From Candidatus Micrarchaeota archaeon (GTDB lineage: Archaea > Micrarchaeota > Micrarchaeia > Micrarchaeales > CABMGC01), in contig DAIDLJ010000002.1 in the NCBI GenBank assembly GCA_027449585.1, positions 1 through 58,151 of the forward strand: a stretch of 58,151 nt of DNA, given 5' to 3'. Position numbers and translations under genes: made by a program. This document shows positions 49,680-58,151 of this stretch, piece by piece (positions within the stretch are counted from its first letter, which is position 1; each line of letters begins with the position of its first letter). Under the pieces are notes generated by a model. It ran no database searches and was not told where the DNA came from. It saw nothing but the letters and a program-made list of their open reading frames with translations.

Positions 49680-49697
49680 TCTATCAGCCGTAGAAGA

Positions 49698-50402
49698 TTA
49701 GATGTACGTCTTGAGCTTGTCTGGGGTAAGTATTAGGAAGTCCTTTCCGTCCTGTATGTAACCTATATCGACATTCTCTTCTGTTATGGGTGATTCGCTT
49801 ACCTTCTTCAATATCTTCAGGCCGAGACTTATGGCGTCCTGAAGGTTCATGTCGTCCTTATACTCCTTCATTAGCATCTCGGTTGCAACCTTCTTCCCAA
49901 CCCCTATGGCATCGGCCTTGTATCCAAGGAAGGATGCCCCAGGCTCTATTTCGTAGAGTCTTGGCGCATCGTCTATGCCTCCAACAAGGAGTGAGACCGC
50001 ATATGGCCTCATGCCTCCAAACTGGGTTGCCTGCATCATGTATGCAGATATGTTCTTTGCAAGAGATTCTATAGACTTTACATCATCGTAAACTAGTTTG
50101 TGGTTCTGCGTCTGTCCTCTGGCAGCATCTATTATATGCAGTCCGTCAGCCACCATACCGCTGTATGTGGCCCCTATCCTTGCATCTACCCTGAATACCT
50201 TCTGTATAGTCGAAGGTACTGCGAGGGGCTCTGAGATGTTCTTGTGGGCAACAAATATTACTGCGTCTGGTGTTGTAATGCCTATCGATGTGGCGCCCTT
50301 CCTCACGGCCTCCTTGGCGTACTCCACCTGGAATAGCCTTCCGTCAGGATTGAACATCACTCCTCTGTCATAAGCTTGCACGTTTGGGTACATATAATCC
50401 AC
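49698..50402 (-). CDS. psmA: Proteasome alpha subunit
   Basis: YDRGVMFNPDGRLFQVEYAKEAV, RPYAVSLL. Confidence 0.97.
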   Translation of the reverse strand: MDYMYPNVQAYDRGVMFNPDGRLFQVEYAKEAVRKGATSIGITTPDAVIFVAHKNISEPLAVPSTIQKVFRVDARIGATYSGMVADGLHIIDAARGQTQNHKLVYDDVKSIESLAKNISAYMMQATQFGGMRPYAVSLLVGGIDDAPRLYEIEPGASFLGYKADAIGVGKKVATEMLMKEYKDDMNLQDAISLGLKILKKVSESPITEENVDIGYIQDGKDFLILTPDKLKTYI

Positions 50403-50487
50403 TTTATAATAAGAGAAAGATTATGATAATATTCTTGGCGGCCTATAATTATATACTTTTGCTTTGAGGCCGGGTTTAGTATAAAAA

Positions 50488-51000
50488 TTACTCATCAAGC
50501 ATGCCGAGGTCGTACATTGCCTGAAGCACGTCCTCCGTCTCGTCTTTTATGTGCTCGGCGAGCATGGCCAGATTCTTGGAGATCGGGGCTGCTGTAGAAG
50601 GCTTGAGAGAAGAATACTTGTATGCTGTGTCTATTACCGAGATTACTCTCTTTTCAAATTCTTCCAGGAATTTTGATAATTCATAGGCATCTGCGCGCAG
50701 GTTGTCGCGCAGCCGTTCTGTGGATTGTTCCCCATCAATCACCCTCCTGAAGCTCTCGAGAAGGGCTTCTTGCTTCTCGAATTTGGTGTCATATTTTAGA
50801 TGAAGGGCAGTCCTGTCCAGGTTATTTGCAACATCTTCATAGCACTTAAGAACTGACCTTAGCATCTCGTGCTCCCCATATTCCCTGGCTCCATGAAGCG
50901 CAATGTAGGTTATCTGAGATGCGTCCTGCATCAGATTTATGCACCTATTTGAAAAGGATGTGGGTTTGACATGACCCTCCTTGGTTTGTTGCTGCACCAT
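50488..51000 (-). CDS. Hypothetical alpha-helical protein
   Basis: Start MVQQQ at 51000 after AGGTGG RBS; the ORF-track extension is antisense to the Mrp gene. Confidence 0.6.
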   Translation of the reverse strand: MVQQQTKEGHVKPTSFSNRCINLMQDASQITYIALHGAREYGEHEMLRSVLKCYEDVANNLDRTALHLKYDTKFEKQEALLESFRRVIDGEQSTERLRDNLRADAYELSKFLEEFEKRVISVIDTAYKYSSLKPSTAAPISKNLAMLAEHIKDETEDVLQAMYDLGMLDE

Positions 51001-51085
51001 ATGTCCACCTTTGGTTTTATCTGGCTTATATAAATTTCCTGCAAAAAGATATAATGTTGCTGCTTCATTAATGCTCTGTGAGCTT

Positions 51086-51883
51086 ATGTCTGAAGATACG
51101 CGGGGCGGGCCCCAGATTCCTAATGTAATGCATCCATCGATACTTAAAGTAATAGAGCAGAAAAAAGCCATAAAGGAGAAGCTAAAGGGCATAAAGCACA
51201 AGATAGGAGTGTACAGTGCAAAGGGTGGTGTTGGCAAGACGACTGTATCGGTGAATCTTGCCTATACCCTCAGATCGATGGGATTCAAGGTTGGCCTGCT
51301 GGATGCGGACATAGACTGTCCAAATCTCACCATGTTCCTTGGGATAACAGGTACTTTCTCGGACGAGTATCCATTGAAGCCCGTTGAGAAAGATGGAATA
51401 AGGATTCTTTCAACAGCCATGTTTGTTGACGACGAGAAGAAGCCGATTATATGGCGTGGCCCCATGATAGGTAAAATGATTCTTGAGTTCTTTGATAATG
51501 CGGACTGGGGGGAACTGGATTATCTAATAATAGATTTGAGCCCTGGAACAAGCGATGCGCCGCTCTCTATAATACAGTTACTTGACCTTGATGGATTCGT
51601 GCTTGTGACTACGCCCCAGCATATAGCTGCGGTGAATACCATACGCTCTGGGATGATGGCTAAGAGACTGGGAGTCGCAACATTGGGGGTTGTGGAGACA
51701 ATGTCGGATGGTACTGCGCGTGGAGGAAAAGAGGTGGCAGAGGCGATGAAATGCGATCTGCTAGGAACAGTAATCAACAATACAAAATTCGGGGAACTTA
51801 GTGACGCGGGGCGCGTGCCTGTCGAAGAAGACCCAGCAATAAGGGAAGAGTTTATAAGGATAATAAAGAAGATAACTGGTTAA
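51086..51883 (+). CDS. Mrp/NBP35 (ApbC)-family P-loop ATPase lacking the CxxC motif
   Basis: KGGVGKTT, LDADI, IIWRGPM, WGELDYLIID, VTTPQ. Confidence 0.88.
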   Translation: MSEDTRGGPQIPNVMHPSILKVIEQKKAIKEKLKGIKHKIGVYSAKGGVGKTTVSVNLAYTLRSMGFKVGLLDADIDCPNLTMFLGITGTFSDEYPLKPVEKDGIRILSTAMFVDDEKKPIIWRGPMIGKMILEFFDNADWGELDYLIIDLSPGTSDAPLSIIQLLDLDGFVLVTTPQHIAAVNTIRSGMMAKRLGVATLGVVETMSDGTARGGKEVAEAMKCDLLGTVINNTKFGELSDAGRVPVEEDPAIREEFIRIIKKITG

Positions 51884-51895
51884 TGCGGTGATTAC

Positions 51896-53098
51896 TTGGC
51901 GGAACTTTTTGATGACATATTCAAGGAATCAAAGATCTTCTCGAAGAGGGAGGTGCTCTCGCCGCATTACATCCCGCACAACCTGCTTTTTAGAGACAAG
52001 CAGATGCAGGATATAGCAAAGTACATGACACCTTCGCTAAAGGGGGAACGTGGAAGGAACGTTTTTGTTTATGGAAAAACGGGGACCGGGAAGACATCGT
52101 GCATAAAGAGCGTTATAGAAAAAGTGAAGGGGCTTCCCATATCAAAGGCCCGGATAACATACATCAACTGCAGAGTATACAACTCCAGGTACAGGATACT
52201 CCATAAGATAGTTAGCGACTATCTGCCACTTTATGCCAAGCGCGGGTACGGGATAGTGGATATCTATGAGCGCATAATAAACTGGATAGAGGAGGATGGG
52301 AAGATACTTGTTGTGGTGCTTGACGAGATAGATAGCATAAAGGACCTTGATGATCTGGTGTACACGCTCACCAGGGCAAACAGCGACATAAAGGCCGGTG
52401 GAATAACAATTGTGGGCGTATCAAACAAAGTGAGTTTCAAGGAAGTGCTGGATCCCAGGAGCCTCTCCACGCTTGATGAGAACGAGATTGCATTCCCGCC
52501 CTACAATTCCAATGAGCTTTCACAGATAGTAAGGGAGAGAGTATCTGAAGGTTTTGTAAAGGGAGTTGTTGATCCTGCCGCGGTGAATCTTGCAGCCGCG
52601 CTTGCGGCAAAGGACAGTGGGGATGCAAGGCTTGCACTTAAGATAATTGCAAAGGCAGGGGAACTTGCAGAAGAGAAAGGGGTGGGCACTGTTGGGCCAA
52701 ACGAGGTTACAGAAGCCGCGAAATTCGCAGAAGAGGAGATAGCTTATGAGGTTATCAACACGCTTCCAGAGCATCAGAGATTAATAGTATATGCTATAGC
52801 ACTTCTTTCCCTACAGGGAAGCAGGTACAAGAGACTGAGCAATGAGGGTGAACAGTACCTATTTAGTGGGGATATTTACCAGAAGTATGTATCCGTCTCG
52901 CAGTCACTGCAGAAGGAAGCCAAGAGTTCGAGATGGTACAGGAAATTCATATCGGATCTTGATATGCAGGGCATAATAGTGTCTTACGAGTCGGGGAAGG
53001 GAATACGAGGGCACACAAAACTGATAAAGCTAGCCTACCCTCCTGAGAAGATAAAGGAGAGCATAGAGAAAACTCTTCAGAGGGATACGGCATTATGA
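51896..53098 (+). CDS. cdc6: Orc1/Cdc6 replication initiator
   Basis: LSPHYIP, GKTGTGKT, YINC, VLDEID, FPPY, GDAR, C-terminal wHTH. Confidence 0.95.
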   Translation: MAELFDDIFKESKIFSKREVLSPHYIPHNLLFRDKQMQDIAKYMTPSLKGERGRNVFVYGKTGTGKTSCIKSVIEKVKGLPISKARITYINCRVYNSRYRILHKIVSDYLPLYAKRGYGIVDIYERIINWIEEDGKILVVVLDEIDSIKDLDDLVYTLTRANSDIKAGGITIVGVSNKVSFKEVLDPRSLSTLDENEIAFPPYNSNELSQIVRERVSEGFVKGVVDPAAVNLAAALAAKDSGDARLALKIIAKAGELAEEKGVGTVGPNEVTEAAKFAEEEIAYEVINTLPEHQRLIVYAIALLSLQGSRYKRLSNEGEQYLFSGDIYQKYVSVSQSLQKEAKSSRWYRKFISDLDMQGIIVSYESGKGIRGHTKLIKLAYPPEKIKESIEKTLQRDTAL

Positions 53099-54291
53099 GA
53101 ATAGCAATACTTTCTGATTTTCACCTAGGTTATGAGAGATTCAGGGAAGATGCCTTCTTCCAGGCTGAAGAGGCCCTCAACAAGGCAGCGGAGATGTCTG
53201 ATGCTTTGATAATACCTGGCGACATATTTGATAACAGAGCACCCAAACCAGATGTGATTGCAGAGGCAATAAACCTATTTAGGAATCTCTCAAGACGGGA
53301 GTGGAAGTTTAGGGTGAGCGAGTTTATTGGCGACGGGAAGATATTCACGGACCTGCCCATAATAGCAATACCTGGCACGCATGAGCGAAGGGCTCAGGAA
53401 GCCGCCGATCCGGTAGATATACTTGGGCTTGCTGGTCTTGTCGTAGACGTAAGCAATGCGACTGCAGTAATACAGGGAAATGGCGAGCGCATTGCAATAA
53501 GGGGGATAGGGGGCATAGCTGATGACAGGTTTAGGGAAGTCCTGGAGAAGGAGAATCCGGTGCCAATTGATGGGGCTTTCAACATATTCATGTTCCACGA
53601 ATCTATCTATGAGATGCTTCCATTCAATGAGAAGTTTACGAAGCTTTCTGAACTGCCAAAGGGATTTGATCTTTATGTAAGTGGCCACATACATAACAAG
53701 GTGGAGGAGAAGGCGCATGGAAAGATGCTGCTTATACCTGGAAGCACCGTGCTTACGCAGCTTAAGGCAGGGGAACAGGATGGAAAGGGATTTTTCGTTT
53801 ATGATACTAGGACAGGAGAGCATGAATTTGTGAGGATAAATTCCAGGCGATTCGTGCTTGAAAAAATAGACCTTGGGAATATGGGCGAGAAGAGCGTAGT
53901 TGAGTATATACAAGAGAGACTCGATGCGATAATAAAATCGACGGGTGGCAAACCGATAATAAGAGTGGTCCTTGACAGGAAGGGCATTGGACAGGACGGA
54001 GATGAGATGGAGATCAATGATATACCTAGAAGATACTCTGAGAGTGCCGTAGTGGAGATATCAAGGAGCCTCGTCCCTGATGATGCTTCGGGCGCTGCGT
54101 CGATGCAGGACCATTCGAGCTTCGAAAACATGTCAGTAAAGGATTATGGGGTGGGGGTCTTCCTTGAAAAAATAAAGGCAAGCGGCGCCAATGTTGGAAA
54201 CGTTGGACCAGTTGAACTGCTGGATCTGCTTGGAACAGAAGGACCAAAAGATAAGATAGTAAAGAGCGCTCTTGAAAGGCTTGTCGACTAA
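53095..54291 (+). CDS. mre11: Mre11/SbcD-family DNA repair nuclease
   Basis: SDFHLG, GDIFD, GTHE, MFHES, GHIH, PGS phosphoesterase motifs. Confidence 0.87.
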   Translation: MRIAILSDFHLGYERFREDAFFQAEEALNKAAEMSDALIIPGDIFDNRAPKPDVIAEAINLFRNLSRREWKFRVSEFIGDGKIFTDLPIIAIPGTHERRAQEAADPVDILGLAGLVVDVSNATAVIQGNGERIAIRGIGGIADDRFREVLEKENPVPIDGAFNIFMFHESIYEMLPFNEKFTKLSELPKGFDLYVSGHIHNKVEEKAHGKMLLIPGSTVLTQLKAGEQDGKGFFVYDTRTGEHEFVRINSRRFVLEKIDLGNMGEKSVVEYIQERLDAIIKSTGGKPIIRVVLDRKGIGQDGDEMEINDIPRRYSESAVVEISRSLVPDDASGAASMQDHSSFENMSVKDYGVGVFLEKIKASGANVGNVGPVELLDLLGTEGPKDKIVKSALERLVD

Positions 54292-55682
54292 TTCCTTGAT
54301 GGCAACCTACTCCTATAATTTGAGTACTTGAAAAGCTCAGTAAGGGATCTTACAGCTGCGGATGGAGAATCATAGACAGGAAGACCGGCACTTTCCATCA
54401 TTATTCTATGCATTCTTGTGTAGTCTGAGCCTATGCTAAGAACTATCATTGGCTTGTCCATCCGCTCCTTAAAGCTTATGAGTTTGGCTGCTGCACGCGA
54501 ATCTGCGCCCGGAGTCTGAAAGAGCATTATGACTATGAACATATCAATTCCGTCGTCCTTGCTAAGTATGTCAAGGGCATCGCCATATCTTTTCTCATCC
54601 GCATCTCCAACAATATCTAATGGCACCCTTAGGTTCACCAAAGGCGGCATGACTTTCTTGAGATCCGCCCTGCTCTTTTCTGACAGGTTGGCAAGCTGCA
54701 GCAAACCAGATAGGCCAATGGCGTCGGCAGTAAGTACCCCGGTACCACCACCGTTTGTTATTATTGCGACTTTGCTACCTTTTGGCATCGGCTCGCTCTC
54801 AAGGGTCTTGGCATAATTAAGAAGGTCACTCAAATCGTCAGCTATAGTGAATCCAAATTGCCTAAAGACAGCTTCGTGGGATTCGTAATCCCCAGCCAGG
54901 GCAGCAGTATGTGAGTGTGCCGCAGCCTGACCTGCCGACGTGCGGCCGGCCTTAAGCACTATTACTGGCTTTATTTTTGTTATCTTCTTTGCAACATCTA
55001 TGAAGTCTTTGCCCCGCTTTATGCCTTCGATATACATTATGATTACTTTTGTTTCGGGATCATCCATAAGATAGTTGAGTATGTCTACTTCGTCTACATG
55101 TGCAGCGTTGCCATAAGATATAAATTTGGACAGACCAAAACCTTCCCCAGATATCAGATCTAGCACGGTGCTGCCTACTGCTCCGCTCTGGCACACAAAA
55201 CTAACCCCGCCTACCGAAGGCCGGCTCAACTTGTATGTTGGAAGGAAGAGCGTATCTACCCTGGACCTTGGATCCATGACCCCAAGGCAGTTTGGACCGA
55301 GGGTAGGCATGTTGTATTTGTTCGCGATGGCAACAAGCTTGTCCTGAAGCTCCTGCGCCCCTATCTCAGCAAAGCCGCCGCTTACGACAACGGTGGTCTT
55401 CACCTTGGCGCGTCCGCATTCGTCAAGGACGTCTGGCACAAACGCCGCTGGTACGCATATGACGGCAAGATCTAGGTCGTCCTTTATGTCAAGCACGCTG
55501 GGATATGATTTAACTCCGAGTATCTCGGTTGCACTCTTGTTTACAGCATAAATCCTTCCAGGATAGCCGCCATTTATGTAGTTCTGAAGTATGACATGGC
55601 CGACCTTGTCCGGATCCCTCGATGCTCCTATTATTGCTACAGACGCTGGCTTGAGCATTGGTTTTAGATCCATCTTCTTCAT
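54288..55682 (-). CDS. acdA: ADP-forming acetyl-CoA synthetase alpha subunit
   Basis: IIGAS, SGGFAE, GPNCLG, QSGA, AHSHTAALAG (phospho-His), TNGGG. Confidence 0.92.
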   Translation of the reverse strand: MKKMDLKPMLKPASVAIIGASRDPDKVGHVILQNYINGGYPGRIYAVNKSATEILGVKSYPSVLDIKDDLDLAVICVPAAFVPDVLDECGRAKVKTTVVVSGGFAEIGAQELQDKLVAIANKYNMPTLGPNCLGVMDPRSRVDTLFLPTYKLSRPSVGGVSFVCQSGAVGSTVLDLISGEGFGLSKFISYGNAAHVDEVDILNYLMDDPETKVIIMYIEGIKRGKDFIDVAKKITKIKPVIVLKAGRTSAGQAAAHSHTAALAGDYESHEAVFRQFGFTIADDLSDLLNYAKTLESEPMPKGSKVAIITNGGGTGVLTADAIGLSGLLQLANLSEKSRADLKKVMPPLVNLRVPLDIVGDADEKRYGDALDILSKDDGIDMFIVIMLFQTPGADSRAAAKLISFKERMDKPMIVLSIGSDYTRMHRIMMESAGLPVYDSPSAAVRSLTELFKYSNYRSRLPSRN

Positions 55683-55686
55683 TCGA

Positions 55687-56304
55687 TCAACCCGTTATCA
55701 TACGAATATCTACTGCAACATACGAACCCTCTTTTATTATGAGAGGATTGAGATCGAGTTCTGTGACTTTCTCGTTGTCTGTCAGCAGTTTTGATACGCT
55801 TAGCAGAAGACCTATGATCATTTCGTTATCCTTGCCCTGGAATGTTACCACATTCTTAGACCTTAATTGGTCTATCATGTCCTGGGCATCATTGCGGTTT
55901 ATTGGGCAGACCCTTAGTGCAAAGTCCCTGAAGACCTCCACGTATATGCCGCCCAGGCCGAGAAGTATGAGCTTTCCAAACTGCGGATCCGTCCTTCCGC
56001 CCACTATTACCTCGACGCCGCCTTTTGACATCTTCTGTGCAATAATTTTATAGGGTTTGAGATCTTTTCCCTTAAGCTCTAGGTCCTTGAATGCAACGGT
56101 TATGTCTTCGCCGTTTAGATCCAGTTTTACTAGGCCGGCTTTTGACTTATGAAGCGCTTTGTCAGATATCAGCTTGAGCACTATGTGGTCCTTGCCGGCG
56201 AATGAAAGGGCTTCTTTGGAGGATGAGACATAGCTGCTTTCTATGCTCTTTATGCCGTACTTGTCTAGCAGCTTCTTGCCTTCGAAATAATCGAGCAGGA
56301 CCAT
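55687..56304 (-). CDS. acdB: ADP-forming acetyl-CoA synthetase beta subunit (ATP-grasp)
   Basis: HKSKAGLV, DPQFG, GLGGIYVE, ELDLNP, AVDIR. Confidence 0.92.
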   Translation of the reverse strand: MVLLDYFEGKKLLDKYGIKSIESSYVSSSKEALSFAGKDHIVLKLISDKALHKSKAGLVKLDLNGEDITVAFKDLELKGKDLKPYKIIAQKMSKGGVEVIVGGRTDPQFGKLILLGLGGIYVEVFRDFALRVCPINRNDAQDMIDQLRSKNVVTFQGKDNEMIIGLLLSVSKLLTDNEKVTELDLNPLIIKEGSYVAVDIRMITG

Positions 56305-56310
56305 ATTGAA

Positions 56311-56955
56311 TCACCTTATGTAATATAGGTAGTATACTCCAGCCGCTACGACGATTACAAGCAGTAATGCAAGCAAGTAGATTGTTGTATTTCCACTCTT
56401 TTTGTGGGAAAGTTCGTGTATATCTATAGGACCTTCGGTAACATTCTGTTTTGGTTGTTCTGATGTTTGCTGCGGATTTGGCTGCTGCGGTTGCGGCGGA
56501 ATGGCGGCCTTGGCCTTTAGAAATCCAGAATCAGTAAGCATCACTGTGACGCCACCACTCTTTAGCTCGTATGTAAGGTATCCTTGTTTGTATAGCTTGT
56601 AGATCCTGAGCGCCAGATCCTTCGGCCTTAAATTAAGTGTATTCTGAAGGTCAGTTGGCATTCGTTTACCACCAGAAACCTGAACAAGTATCGCATCGTC
56701 AAGATCATCGTATGGAGACGTAGCCTTAGACTCTGACTCTGCCATCAAAGCCTTTCCTGCATCGGTTATGGTTACAGTGTTTGGACCGGGATATGATGCT
56801 GAGAAATCTATGAGGCCTTTTTGCTTTAGAGTGCCTGCCATATTTGAAGCATCAAATATGCTCGCATTTATGGCGCTTCCGAGTTTTTCTAAGGTAGTGT
56901 CTGGACCTATGCTGAGAAGAGATGCTAGGTCCATAAAATTTATCTCGTCAGCCAT
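56311..56955 (-). CDS. Tandem winged-helix-like protein with P/Q linker and C-terminal TM anchor
   Basis: Two repeats ending LKQKGLID..ITDAG and LYKQGYLT..LTDSG; PPQPQQPNPQQ linker; tail IYLLALLLVIVVAAGVYYLYY. Confidence 0.7.
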   Translation of the reverse strand: MADEINFMDLASLLSIGPDTTLEKLGSAINASIFDASNMAGTLKQKGLIDFSASYPGPNTVTITDAGKALMAESESKATSPYDDLDDAILVQVSGGKRMPTDLQNTLNLRPKDLALRIYKLYKQGYLTYELKSGGVTVMLTDSGFLKAKAAIPPQPQQPNPQQTSEQPKQNVTEGPIDIHELSHKKSGNTTIYLLALLLVIVVAAGVYYLYYIR

Positions 56956-57034
56956 TCCTATCAATCTGATTATTGCATAAGTATATATAAAAGGATTAGA
57001 GTTGCTTATCTAATTGTTTTAGTTGAGTGGTTAA

Positions 57035-58151
57035 TTGAAGATAAAGTTTCTTGGGGGAGCAGGAGAAGTGGGCAGGTCGGCCATGCTGGTCGAAGACAAG
57101 AAGAACCTCCTTTTTGACTATGGAATAAAAGTGGAGAGCAAGACGGAATACCCAATGCATCCTGAAAGGGTCGATGCATGCTTCATAAGCCACGCCCACC
57201 TTGACCACAGCGGCTGCGCCCCGGTACTATACAAGGATGGATTTCCAGAGATGTTTGCGACTCCACCAACAATGGATCTTGCAGAACTCCTTATTGAAGA
57301 CTCGATAAAGATACACAGAAAGAAACACGAGCATGAGAAAGTTAATGGGAGCCAGCTTAGGACCATGATGAATAGATATACTCCGTGCGAGTATGGGCGT
57401 GGAAGAGATTTTGGAGGTTATTCGGTAACAATGTACGATGCGGGACATATATGTGGAAGTTCAATCACAGTTGTGGAAAGACATAATGACAATAGGAAGA
57501 TAGCCTACACTGGGGACTTTAAGCTTGAACCCCAGTTGCTTGAGGAGGGGGCAGACATAGTAAAAAGTGACGTACTGATTATGGAGTCGACATATGCCGG
57601 GAAGGACCATCCAGAAAGAATTAAACTTGCAGAAGGCATGGTAAATAGCATTAGGGAGACAGTAGACAATGGCGGCGTCGCCTTGCTGCCAGTATTTGCT
57701 GTGGGAAGATCCCAAGAGATGCTTGCGCTAATGTGCAAGTACAATCTCATAGACATAACATACATTGACGGAATGGCCAAGGCTGCAACGGAGATAGTGG
57801 AGAATTATTCTGGATTCATAAAGAACGGCAGGCTGCTTAGAGAGGCGATAGACAGATCGTTATGGATAGAGAATCCAAAAAACAGGTCCGCGGCCCTGGA
57901 AGGAGGGAGTGTGATACTGACAACTTCTGGAATGCTTAATGGAGGACCTGTGCTCGAATACATACAGAAACTAAACAAACACTCGAAGATATTTCTAACC
58001 GGATATCAAGTAGAGAATACCGGGGGAGATAAACTTGTGCGCGGGCTGCCATTAGACATTGATGGTAGGAAGTTTCGCGTGAAGACGCCTTTTGAGGCTT
58101 ATGACTTCTCCGCGCACGCTGGAAAGAGTGATCTTCATGACTATGTTAAGG
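57035..58151 (+). CDS. MBL-fold beta-CASP ribonuclease (aCPSF-like, no KH domains), truncated by the window edge
   Basis: Manual translation from TTG 57035: MKIKFLGGAGEVGRS, SHAHLDH, AGHICGS, YTGDF, MESTY, FAVGRSQE, SGML, TGYQ, FSAHA. Confidence 0.92.
   Translation, partial: MKIKFLGGAGEVGRSAMLVEDKKNLLFDYGIKVESKTEYPMHPERVDACFISHAHLDHSGCAPVLYKDGFPEMFATPPTMDLAELLIEDSIKIHRKKHEHEKVNGSQLRTMMNRYTPCEYGRGRDFGGYSVTMYDAGHICGSSITVVERHNDNRKIAYTGDFKLEPQLLEEGADIVKSDVLIMESTYAGKDHPERIKLAEGMVNSIRETVDNGGVALLPVFAVGRSQEMLALMCKYNLIDITYIDGMAKAATEIVENYSGFIKNGRLLREAIDRSLWIENPKNRSAALEGGSVILTTSGMLNGGPVLEYIQKLNKHSKIFLTGYQVENTGGDKLVRGLPLDIDGRKFRVKTPFEAYDFSAHAGKSDLHDYVK

Noticed and set aside
50403..51895. Replication origin (ORB repeats) next to cdc6
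   Set aside because: No ORB-like repeats or extended AT-rich unwinding element in the short spacers nearby
9267..54290. Genome-wide reassignment of TAG to a sense codon
   Set aside because: Nine genes end in TAG at natural positions (9267, 13621, 24402, 26044, 26905, 29873, 32097, 46261, 54288); in most, readthrough would run into a neighbouring or convergent gene
1..58151. CRISPR array, rRNA, integrase, reverse transcriptase or intein
   Set aside because: No regularly spaced repeats or signature motifs seen; MCM, RpoA' and Cdc6 have normal lengths

Overview
Gene-dense chromosomal segment of an archaeon. A DPANN affiliation (Micrarchaeota-like) is inferred from the intron-containing tRNA-Ile(UAU), split rpoB/rpoA, divergent core proteins and compact gene packing; it is not proven. 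Most of the window is housekeeping: SRP54, purA/purB, CysRS/TrpRS/HisRS/MetRS, KEOPS (Kae1/Bud32), the rpoH-B''-B'-A'-A'' operon, adk-DUF106-eL34-cmk-eL14, thermosome, AglB, geranylgeranyl reductase, MCM, histone, the proteasome-exosome superoperon, Orc1/Cdc6, Mre11, ADP-forming acetyl-CoA synthetase and a beta-CASP nuclease running off the right edge. Features absent from the ORF track: tRNA-Ile(UAU) with a 27-nt intron, tRNA-Gly(UCC), a near-perfect box C/D guide sRNA just upstream of the histone gene (D guide fits C34 of tRNA-Leu(CAA)), rpoP, and the terminal beta-CASP gene. Most noteworthy: two genes interrupted by an in-frame TAG with intact coding sequence beyond it; a strongly divergent RNA polymerase bridge helix and trigger loop; a membrane-spanning ArsR-type regulator with a large extracellular domain and helically phased promoter repeats; a second, tail-anchored tandem wHTH protein; an Mrp/NBP35 ATPase lacking its Fe-S cysteines directly upstream of cdc6-mre11; a bacterial-type MetRS1; and a toxin-antitoxin islet at the tRNA-Ile 3' end. 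No CRISPR array, rRNA, integrase or transposase was seen. All family calls are from motif recognition by eye; no database searches were run.
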